From Methanobacteriota archaeon (GTDB lineage: Archaea > Thermoplasmatota > Thermoplasmata > SG8-5 > JAGLSY01), in contig JAEHCO010000004.1 of assembly GCA_020697715.1 (NCBI GenBank), positions 32,001 through 96,000 of the forward strand: a stretch of 64,000 nucleotides of DNA. Direction: 5' to 3'. Positions 44,474 through 52,646 of this stretch are shown here, piece after piece; positions within the stretch are counted from its first letter, which is position 1; every line of letters begins with the position of its first letter. Under the pieces are notes generated by a model. It was given only the letters and a program-made list of their open reading frames with translations. It was not told where the DNA came from and made no database searches. Both the position numbers and the translations under genes were made by a program.

Positions 44474-46726
44474 ATGAAACTTCAGATCCACGGCGTAGTT
44501 CAAGGCGTAGGTTTTCGTCCAGCAGTTGTAAAGCTGGCCGTCAGCATGAACCTTGAAGGCCACGTTCGGAATAATGGTTCGAACGTGGAAGTTCTGCTTT
44601 CCGGTAGCGAGGCAGAAGCAGATAAGTTCATCCAGATATTAAAGGATGAACTTCCCCCACTTGCCAGGATAGACCTTGTTGAGAAGTTGGAGGGGCAACC
44701 AGATCCATCAATATCTGGCTTTGTCATATTACCCAGCCAAAAGGGCAGCCGTTCCTCACCAATACCTCCTGACACTTCGATATGCGACCCATGCCTTTCC
44801 GAACTGCTGGATGATGCAGATAGAAGACATGGATTTCCTTTCACTAACTGTACTGATTGCGGTGCACGATTTTCAATCATCCAGGATCTGCCATATGATC
44901 GCCCATTTACCACGATGGGCGATTTTCCATTGTGCCAGTCATGTCAGAACGAGTATGATAGGATGGGCGATAGACGATTCCACGCGCAGACAATATCATG
45001 CCCGGATTGTGGGCCCAATTTTACATTACATGATGCATCTGGCCAGGCAGTCAAGGGCGGCATTGAAGGATTTGCCACCATTATCTCATCTGGCCAGTTG
45101 GGCATAATGAAGGGCTGGGGAGGCTCTCATATCGTGTGCACGTTGAAAGCTGGCATAACCCTTAGAAAATGGTATGGCAGAGAAGAAAAACCCTTTGCCA
45201 TCATGGCCAGGGATATCGGAGCCGTGGGAAGATATGCAGAGGCCAGTGAGGAAGAACTGGCCTTATTGACATCCCGCGAAAGACCCATTGTGCTGATGAG
45301 AAAGCGAGACCGCCCGGATCTAAATATTGTGTCCCCTGGGCTGGACAATATCGGCATCATGCTTCCTTATTCAGCAGTTCATCATTTATTATTCAAACAT
45401 CTTGATAAAAATATAGGCGCAGTGATAATGACATCCGCAAATCCACAAGGAGAACCTATGGCGATCACCGAGCCAGATATACTCGAGCTCGGTGCTTCCA
45501 AGTCTGCTGGTGATACGACTGCACCAGGAATAGGGAGCTATCTCCTTCATAACAGGGAGATAGCCAACCGTTGTGATGATTCGCTCATCATCCGGCATGC
45601 TGGCCACAATTATTTCATCAGAAGATCAAGAGGATTCGTACCAGTTCCTCTTGAGATAGGCCAGACGGGCAGTTTCATCGGATTGGGAGCACATGAGAAC
45701 CTTACTTCAGCCATTGGATCTGCGGGCTTCATCTACCCCAGCCAGTACATTGGAAAGTCCAGTAAATATGGAGTTCTTGATTTCTTGGAGAGCGCGACAA
45801 GGCACATGATGAATCTTCGCGGGATCTGGGAGGTCAATGGCATCGGTATCGATATGCACCCGGGCTATGGGAATCGAAAACTGGCCAAGAGAATGGCTAG
45901 CGAGTTCGATTGCGAAATAATGGAGATACAGCATCATTGGGCACATGCGGCCAGCCTGCTTGTGGATGCGGGCATTGATGAGGCTGTCGTCATGACACTG
46001 GATGGAACAGGCTATGGCGCGGATGGGAATGCATGGGGCGGGGAAATACTGGCCGCAACTCTTTCAGACTATGAAAGAGTTGGTCATCTTGCCGAATTCC
46101 CACTGCTTGGCGGAGAGGCCGCTGTGAAAGAGCCGATGAGACTGGCCTTTGCGATGGCCAGTCAATCCAATAGACCATTCCACAATGCCACCAGGGAAGA
46201 ACATGATATCTTCGGAAAGATGATGGATAATGCGCCCAGAACAACAAGCGCGGGGCGAGTTCTTGATGCCATCTCATACACGCTTGGAGTGTGCGATTCT
46301 CGAACATATGATGGCGAGCCAGCAATGAAATTAGAGAGACTTATTAATTCCAATATAAATATTAATAAAGATTTATTTAATTCATTCAATATTAAAGACA
46401 ATGTTATAGACCACATCACGCCCTTTGGAGAGATGCTTGACATCGTATCCAAGCCCACATACAGTGGCAAACGTGAGAAGCTGGCCAGTGCTTATGTTTC
46501 CAAGCTTGTGAAGGCCCTATGTGATGTGGCCGTGCAGGCTGCCGAAGATAAAGACATCAAGCGCATTGGACTGACAGGCGGTGTCAGCTACAATATTCCA
46601 ATTACTGATATGATCATGAAGGAGCTGGCCGCACAAGGATATGAACTTGTGCGCCATGATCGAGTACCCAATGGAGACGGGGGGATATCAATTGGCCAGT
46701 GTGCGATCATCGCATCTTCAATATAA
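44474..46726 (+). CDS. hypF: Carbamoyltransferase HypF
   Basis: GVVQGVGFRP, CTDCGARF, RRFHAQ..CPDCGP, QHHWAH, DGTGYG, PNGDGGISIGQ. Confidence 0.96.
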   Translation: MKLQIHGVVQGVGFRPAVVKLAVSMNLEGHVRNNGSNVEVLLSGSEAEADKFIQILKDELPPLARIDLVEKLEGQPDPSISGFVILPSQKGSRSSPIPPDTSICDPCLSELLDDADRRHGFPFTNCTDCGARFSIIQDLPYDRPFTTMGDFPLCQSCQNEYDRMGDRRFHAQTISCPDCGPNFTLHDASGQAVKGGIEGFATIISSGQLGIMKGWGGSHIVCTLKAGITLRKWYGREEKPFAIMARDIGAVGRYAEASEEELALLTSRERPIVLMRKRDRPDLNIVSPGLDNIGIMLPYSAVHHLLFKHLDKNIGAVIMTSANPQGEPMAITEPDILELGASKSAGDTTAPGIGSYLLHNREIANRCDDSLIIRHAGHNYFIRRSRGFVPVPLEIGQTGSFIGLGAHENLTSAIGSAGFIYPSQYIGKSSKYGVLDFLESATRHMMNLRGIWEVNGIGIDMHPGYGNRKLAKRMASEFDCEIMEIQHHWAHAASLLVDAGIDEAVVMTLDGTGYGADGNAWGGEILAATLSDYERVGHLAEFPLLGGEAAVKEPMRLAFAMASQSNRPFHNATREEHDIFGKMMDNAPRTTSAGRVLDAISYTLGVCDSRTYDGEPAMKLERLINSNININKDLFNSFNIKDNVIDHITPFGEMLDIVSKPTYSGKREKLASAYVSKLVKALCDVAVQAAEDKDIKRIGLTGGVSYNIPITDMIMKELAAQGYELVRHDRVPNGDGGISIGQCAIIASSI

Positions 46727-46821
46727 CTCGTTGGAATTGTGTAATGAAAGTTGTGTTTTTTAGTGATTAGCTTTATTAGTTTGACATTTATTATCCAGAG
46801 ACATATAGTGGAAGTGTGAAA

Positions 46822-48477
46822 ATGTCAATCAAGGTCCTTATAGTCGGTGGAGTGGCCGGCGGAGCAAGTGCAGCGACAAGAGCCAGGCGGCTGAGCGAGG
46901 AAGCCGAGATAATTCTTTTCGAGAGAGGCGAGTATGTCTCTTTTGCCAATTGCGGATTACCGTATTTCATAGGTAATGAGATCAAAGATCGCAATGCCCT
47001 TATCGTCACCCAGCCAGAACTTCTGCGCGATCGCTTCAATATAGACGTCAGAACAATGGCCGAGGTCATCGATATTGACAGGGAAGCAAAGCAAGCGACC
47101 ATATTGGATCACACCACCGGCCAGGAATATGAAGAAGGATATGACAAGCTCATTCTCAGCCCAGGTGGCCAGCCTATAAAGCCGCCTTTCAAAGGGATCG
47201 ACCTCGATACGGTATTCACACTCTGGACCATTCCGGATTCGGATAAGATCAAGGCTTATATCGAAACAAAGCAACCAAGATCCGCCGTAGTAATTGGAGG
47301 CGGATTCATCGGCCTGGAGATGGCCGAGAATTTAAAAGAACTTGGCCTGGAGGTCACCATAGTCGAGATGCTGGATCAAGTTCTTCCACCACTGGACTAC
47401 GAGATGGTGTCACTTGTCCAGTTAAATCTTAAAAGACATGGCATCAAACTCCATCTTTCAGATGCTGTGGATTCATTTGAAAAGATTGATGGCCAGACCA
47501 TCGTCCGAACCAAAAGTGGAGCAGAACTAGCCACCGATATGGTGATACTTTCTATCGGTGTGAGACCGAACAATGAGCTGGCAAAAAAAGCCGGGTTGGA
47601 ATTGGGACAACGCGGTGGAGTTATCACTGACGAGACAATGATGACATCCGACCCAAATATCTACGCGGCAGGAGATGTTATCGAAGTTACGGATTATGTC
47701 AATGAACAGCCCGCCATGATACCACTGGCTGGCCCTGCCAATAAGCAAGGTCGTATCGCGGCCGACAATGTATTCGGCAAAAATTCAGTTTACAAGGGAA
47801 CACAGGGTTCTGCCATCGTGAAGGTATTTGATCAAACGGTCGCGATGACTGGCAATAGCGAAAAAACACTCCAGCGCCTTGAGATTCCTTATCTAACCGC
47901 TTACACGAACAATGGCTCACACGCCTCTTACTATCCAGGCGCACAGCACATGGATATCAAACTTCTTTTCGCTCCTGGAGATGGTAAAATACTCGGAGCC
48001 CAGATAGTGGGTATGGATGGCGCGGACAAGCGCATTGACGTGCTGGCGACCGCCATTCGGGCAAAGATGACGGTCTTCGACCTTGAGGAATTGGAGCTGG
48101 CATATGCACCTCCATTCTCTTCAGCAAAGGATCCGGTCAATATGGCGGGATTTGTTGCCAGTAATATGCTCAAGGGCGATCTGGATACCATCAACTGGAA
48201 CCAGGTGGATGATATCGATCCAGCTTCACAAGTTCTGCTGGATGTTCGTGACGGCTTCGAAGTCAATGTGCAGGGCGTGATAGCAGAAGGCATGCACATA
48301 CCACTTAACCAGCTCAGAAGTAGGTTAAATGAGCTGGACAAATCAAAGACATACATCATATATTGTGTGGTCGGCCAGCGTGGTTATATCGCATACAGGA
48401 TGCTTGTGCAAAATGGATTCAAAGCAAAGAACCTCAATGGCGGCTATAATATTTACTTCGCGGCTAAGAATGGATGA
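46822..48477 (+). CDS. cdr: CoA-disulfide reductase with C-terminal rhodanese domain (persulfide reductase-like)
   Basis: GGVAGG, SFANCGLPY, GGGFIG, YAPPFS, IYCVVGQRG. Confidence 0.88.
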   Translation: MSIKVLIVGGVAGGASAATRARRLSEEAEIILFERGEYVSFANCGLPYFIGNEIKDRNALIVTQPELLRDRFNIDVRTMAEVIDIDREAKQATILDHTTGQEYEEGYDKLILSPGGQPIKPPFKGIDLDTVFTLWTIPDSDKIKAYIETKQPRSAVVIGGGFIGLEMAENLKELGLEVTIVEMLDQVLPPLDYEMVSLVQLNLKRHGIKLHLSDAVDSFEKIDGQTIVRTKSGAELATDMVILSIGVRPNNELAKKAGLELGQRGGVITDETMMTSDPNIYAAGDVIEVTDYVNEQPAMIPLAGPANKQGRIAADNVFGKNSVYKGTQGSAIVKVFDQTVAMTGNSEKTLQRLEIPYLTAYTNNGSHASYYPGAQHMDIKLLFAPGDGKILGAQIVGMDGADKRIDVLATAIRAKMTVFDLEELELAYAPPFSSAKDPVNMAGFVASNMLKGDLDTINWNQVDDIDPASQVLLDVRDGFEVNVQGVIAEGMHIPLNQLRSRLNELDKSKTYIIYCVVGQRGYIAYRMLVQNGFKAKNLNGGYNIYFAAKNG

Positions 48478-48495
48478 TCCATCAGTATAAGGATA

Positions 48496-48592
48496 TCAAA
48501 ACCATTGGTCAAGATCAATCTGTTAGTGTTTTAGAACCATTGGTCCAGATCAATCTACCAGTGTCTCAAAACCATTGATCCAAGCTCTGCTG
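48496..48592 (-). repeat. Three 35-bp tandem units, each encoding the FEN1 PIP-box end plus stop
   Basis: QQSLDQWF* (gene, 48566-48592), *IDLDQWF* (48531-48557), QIDLDQWF* (48496-48522), 8-nt spacers. Confidence 0.88.
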
Positions 48593-49585
48593 GCTCCTCG
48601 CTTTCTTCGCAGTCCGCATCTTGCCAAGTATCGATTCGATCCTGGAGTTTGAAAAACCATAATCCTCGCACATGAACTCCATTATCTTGTCAAGGTCTGG
48701 ATCATCCCATTTCATTTCATAATCATCGGTTACTTCTGGCTCGAGGAATATCTTGCGAACCGCATCGAAGCTGGGCACATCGAACTTCTTCTGTTTGATG
48801 ACCTCCTCGCCGCTTCCGAACTCCTTCACCAGCTTCAGCCCCTTCTTTGGCCCGATGCCCTTGATACCTTCATTGAAGTCAGTCCCCATGAGAACACCGA
48901 TGTCCACCAATTGTTCCCTGGTTATCTCAAGGGCATCCAGGCTTGCCTGCAGATCGATGGTCTCTGGCTCGACCGTGACATACACCTGGCGGCGCGGCAT
49001 CTTCCGCCTTCCGCTAAGGGTGAGGTTCCTGACCAAGAGAGGAGTACCAAACAACAATGAATCAAAATCCTGGGAGCCAGCCGCGTACACATCTCCTTTC
49101 ATGGCCATGTAACTGGCCTGCGCCTCCCCCTCCTGAGGGGCCTTGAGGCATGGAACTCCCATGTATCCCAGTAGTTTGATGGCCTCGTCCACCATATCGC
49201 GCGTCAACTTGGAGGTCTGCTGTGCCTTTGTCCTGGCCTTTTCCATATCACCATCGGCCAGGGCTTCATCCCACTCGATCTTGGCTTTTTCCTTACGAGC
49301 CCGCCTCTCTGCCAGCGTGCTCTTTTTCAGATAATGCGGCTTTCCATCAAAGACGTAGATTGGTTTTATCCCCATCTCCAAAAGGTTAGCGGTCCGATAC
49401 AATGCTCCAGACAAATGAGAAGTAACACGCCCCTTCTCGTCCATGAGGGGCGTTCCATCAGGTCCCCGAATGCTTGATAAGAACTGATAGAGCACATTGT
49501 AGCCATCGAGAGCCATCGCTCTGCCCTTGAAGTCGTCCAGCTTGACCTTATTGGCCACAAGTATTCCGGAAATATCCAGGCCCAT
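48566..49585 (-). CDS. fen: Flap endonuclease 1
   Basis: ALDGYNVLYQFL, VFDGKP, EGEAQA, SQDFDSLLFG, GTDFN.GIKGIGPK, C-terminal PIP box. Confidence 0.97.
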   Translation of the reverse strand: MGLDISGILVANKVKLDDFKGRAMALDGYNVLYQFLSSIRGPDGTPLMDEKGRVTSHLSGALYRTANLLEMGIKPIYVFDGKPHYLKKSTLAERRARKEKAKIEWDEALADGDMEKARTKAQQTSKLTRDMVDEAIKLLGYMGVPCLKAPQEGEAQASYMAMKGDVYAAGSQDFDSLLFGTPLLVRNLTLSGRRKMPRRQVYVTVEPETIDLQASLDALEITREQLVDIGVLMGTDFNEGIKGIGPKKGLKLVKEFGSGEEVIKQKKFDVPSFDAVRKIFLEPEVTDDYEMKWDDPDLDKIMEFMCEDYGFSNSRIESILGKMRTAKKARSQQSLDQWF

Positions 49586-49700
49586 AGGGGGTGGAATGTA
49601 GTGATGAGATAAGGCTTTTCTGATGATCAACTGATATATGATAAATATTTGAGAAAAGGAAAGTTTGGATTGTAAAAGAAAGCCTAAAATGTAAAAGGAA

Positions 49701-49724
49701 AGCCTGGCATTTTTCAGCCAGGCT
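49701..49724 (-). terminator. Hairpin terminator with a triplicated pyrimidine tail
   Basis: AGCCTGGC-N8-GCCAGGCT, followed on the minus strand by three ~20-bp TTTC(C)TTTT units. Confidence 0.5.
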
Positions 49725-49750
49725 CATTAGTTTCAATTTCGTGTCGGATA

Positions 49751-51625
49751 TCAGTTGTTCTTGAAATACCAGACAATACCGATCCCTGCCACGGCTATGA
49801 TGGCCACCACGATCAATATCCACATGATAGGAAGGCTGTCATCTTGTGGGCCAGCGATATCCGAGTTGTAGGATGAGACACCTGTGTCCCCATCCGTATA
49901 ACCAGCTATTACGGTCACCTCACTTGTGTCAATGAAGGATGGTAGCATGAATGTTCCTGTGTATGTTCCATCACTGGCCTTCACGAGGTGTATCTGCTGT
50001 CCGCCAACCCAGCTCTGCCATACAGATTCATCTTCGCCAATATCTTCTGCATCGAGGTCGATCTCTCCTACGAAGAGCATTGCTATAACAGCATCATTGT
50101 AATCTGCTGGCATATCGACAGTCACCGTCACTTCTTCTCCAGGTATCAGATCACTGGCCTGGACATCTATGTTCTCATTGGCCATCTGGTCGGCAGCCAA
50201 TACATATGCGCTCTGCCCATCATTACGGCCATAATCCGGCCATTCTTCGTATACTCTGTTATTGTCAAGGTCATAGGGATCATTATTGGATTGAGCTCCC
50301 TGAATATCTATGACAAAAGCAGATTCAAAGTAGAAATCGAGTACACATTGAATAGAAGGTGCTGTGAGATCCAGAGTGAAAACACCATTGTCATCAGTCT
50401 CCTTCACACCCGCGTCCACTACAGTATAAGGTGCATCTACATGGTCTGGACCGACCAGACCAGAGTTCACCGCAGTTGCTGTTATGACATAGTATATCTC
50501 ACGGCTCTCAAGGGGGTAAGCATCATAGTACGCGGTATACTGGCGAGAGATGGTCTCGGACAGATCATATGTAGATTCTTCATCATCATATATCGCATCA
50601 AAACCATCCCTAGATGGTTCATCCATTTCCTCATTGTACACGGTTCCAAATATGGATTGATTGAATAATCCATGTACGACATAGCCTTCTACGTATTGAT
50701 CACCCCAAACATCAACAAGGGACAATTCTGCAATACCGTCCTCTCCGGTCATTCCGATATCATCGACCTCTCCACCACGAACAATGGCGACGGTCGCTCC
50801 TTCTACAGCCAGACCTTCAAGGTCAGCTACACCAATATCAAAGGACACTGTATTTCCAGCTACTTTGGTCTGTCTGAACCAGACATCCAATACTTTGAGA
50901 TTGATATAAGCACTAGCGTGCTGGCCAGTTTCTAATTCTACAAATAATTCATATCGACCACTCTTGTCGGTATCTGGGAGGGTGTAATCCACCTCATATA
51001 CACCAACTTCAACTCTATTGTAGTCCGTGAAATTGGTTATATCTCCATCAGGATCCTCCACATAGAGATGGTCGAAATCATTCACATCCAGAAGGGCAGT
51101 TGCATGAACTGTCGAGCTGTATACTTCGATAGTGGCTTTGACCGTATCGCCAGGGTGAGCGTTTATGGAATTCTGTCCATCAAAACTTATCTCCACACTG
51201 TCTTGATAATTCATAATATTGATACGTATGATGTCATGATCATTGTCCTCATTGTCAGTGCCTATAATGACATTGTAATAGAAGTATAGAGCATGATCAT
51301 TATCCCCAACCTCATATTCCGCACTGTATCTACCTACTGACACATAGGTAATATCCAGAACATCCGCATTGTTCATGTTATAATGTGTACTTACCGTGAT
51401 GTTCAGAGTATCATTTGCAGAAGTGTCAATATCTGTAAGGACACCCTTCTGGTATATCCAAAGATCGACCTTGACAATGTCTCCGGCGGAGTATTCTTTA
51501 TCCTCGATGGTCATAACGACCTGCAAAGAATCACTTACTCCAGAGACTACTGGCAAAATACTCACTACTAGCATCGCGATCACTGAAATAGCGATCAAAC
51601 TGTTCCATCCCTTCATGTGAATCAT
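49751..51625 (-). CDS. Acidic cell-surface protein with signal peptide and C-terminal TM anchor
   Basis: Signal peptide, D/E/T/V-rich beta modules, C-terminal hydrophobic helix. Confidence 0.65.
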   Translation of the reverse strand: MIHMKGWNSLIAISVIAMLVVSILPVVSGVSDSLQVVMTIEDKEYSAGDIVKVDLWIYQKGVLTDIDTSANDTLNITVSTHYNMNNADVLDITYVSVGRYSAEYEVGDNDHALYFYYNVIIGTDNEDNDHDIIRINIMNYQDSVEISFDGQNSINAHPGDTVKATIEVYSSTVHATALLDVNDFDHLYVEDPDGDITNFTDYNRVEVGVYEVDYTLPDTDKSGRYELFVELETGQHASAYINLKVLDVWFRQTKVAGNTVSFDIGVADLEGLAVEGATVAIVRGGEVDDIGMTGEDGIAELSLVDVWGDQYVEGYVVHGLFNQSIFGTVYNEEMDEPSRDGFDAIYDDEESTYDLSETISRQYTAYYDAYPLESREIYYVITATAVNSGLVGPDHVDAPYTVVDAGVKETDDNGVFTLDLTAPSIQCVLDFYFESAFVIDIQGAQSNNDPYDLDNNRVYEEWPDYGRNDGQSAYVLAADQMANENIDVQASDLIPGEEVTVTVDMPADYNDAVIAMLFVGEIDLDAEDIGEDESVWQSWVGGQQIHLVKASDGTYTGTFMLPSFIDTSEVTVIAGYTDGDTGVSSYNSDIAGPQDDSLPIMWILIVVAIIAVAGIGIVWYFKNN

Positions 51626-51788
51626 CCCACGCTAATATATTCTTACAGGTATATAATAGTTAGGCTATTTATTTATGCGCGGGCACAGGTGATCCAGGCA
51701 TGAGTTACACATAAAATCCGACATGTTTTTTTATCAAAATGTTAAGAAATTATGCAATATTTAACAAATATTATTAACTCCCAGCTCC

Positions 51789-52646
51789 ATGCCCAAGCAG
51801 ATGGATATCAAAGAATTATGCAAGAATATCATCGATGATCCATTCGGAGAATTGCCAGACACAGCGGACATTATCCAGCTCCTCAAAGAAGCAACGGATA
51901 TATTGGCAAATGAGGAGGTCGTCGAGCACAGATCGGGCTATGGGCTTTTTATCGGCGACATCCACGGCGATCTGTCCAGTATGCTGAAGGCATTGGACAT
52001 TGCCGAACAGAGAAATGCTCTTCCGATCTTCATGGGCGATTATGTGGATAGAGGAACACATCAGATGCAGGTGGTCAATCACCTACTGGCTCGCAAGATC
52101 CTCGAGCCAGATTCCCTCGTCCTGCTTCGCGGTAACCATGAATTCAAAGAGATAAATCTGAAATATGGATTCTCGGATATTGTAATGGAAAAATATCCGG
52201 AAACCGTGTACTGGCTTTACAATATCGCCTTCTCTGAATTGCCTCTTGCGGCTGTCTTGAACCGCAAGGTCATCGGGCTTCATGGTGGAGTTTCTCAAAA
52301 TATTAAATATCTCAAGGAGCTGGAAGACCTGCCACTTACTGAAATGAGTGGCAGGGATGACCGCCTGGGCAATCTGTGGAATGATCCCAGCGAGGAGCAT
52401 GATGGCTTTGAAAAGAATGTGAAGCGAAAGGTCTTTCAAACTTTCGGCAGGGATGTGTTCGACGAGTTCATGCGGAATAATGAACTTGACATGATGATAC
52501 GCGGCCACCAGGAGATAGAGGCAGGCTTCAGATATTCATTTGATAATAAATTACTATCAATATTCTCATCCAAAGGTAATGAGAAGGTCGTGGAGCCAAA
52601 GGTGGCCTTTATTGGTGGCGGAGATATAGAGATATTATCGCTCTGA
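51789..52646 (+). CDS. PPP-family Ser/Thr protein phosphatase
   Basis: GDIHG, GDYVDRG, LRGNHE, HGG, LWNDP, RGHQ, SIFS. Confidence 0.9.
   Translation: MPKQMDIKELCKNIIDDPFGELPDTADIIQLLKEATDILANEEVVEHRSGYGLFIGDIHGDLSSMLKALDIAEQRNALPIFMGDYVDRGTHQMQVVNHLLARKILEPDSLVLLRGNHEFKEINLKYGFSDIVMEKYPETVYWLYNIAFSELPLAAVLNRKVIGLHGGVSQNIKYLKELEDLPLTEMSGRDDRLGNLWNDPSEEHDGFEKNVKRKVFQTFGRDVFDEFMRNNELDMMIRGHQEIEAGFRYSFDNKLLSIFSSKGNEKVVEPKVAFIGGGDIEILSL

Noticed and set aside
48531-48557. Pyrrolysine/amber read-through extending FEN1 into repeat unit 2
   Set aside because: Unit 2 is out of frame with fen1, which ends in TGA, and there are no pyl genes in the window.
51789-52646. Eukaryote-like PPP phosphatase as a novelty
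   Set aside because: PP1/PP2A-like phosphatases are already known from archaea.
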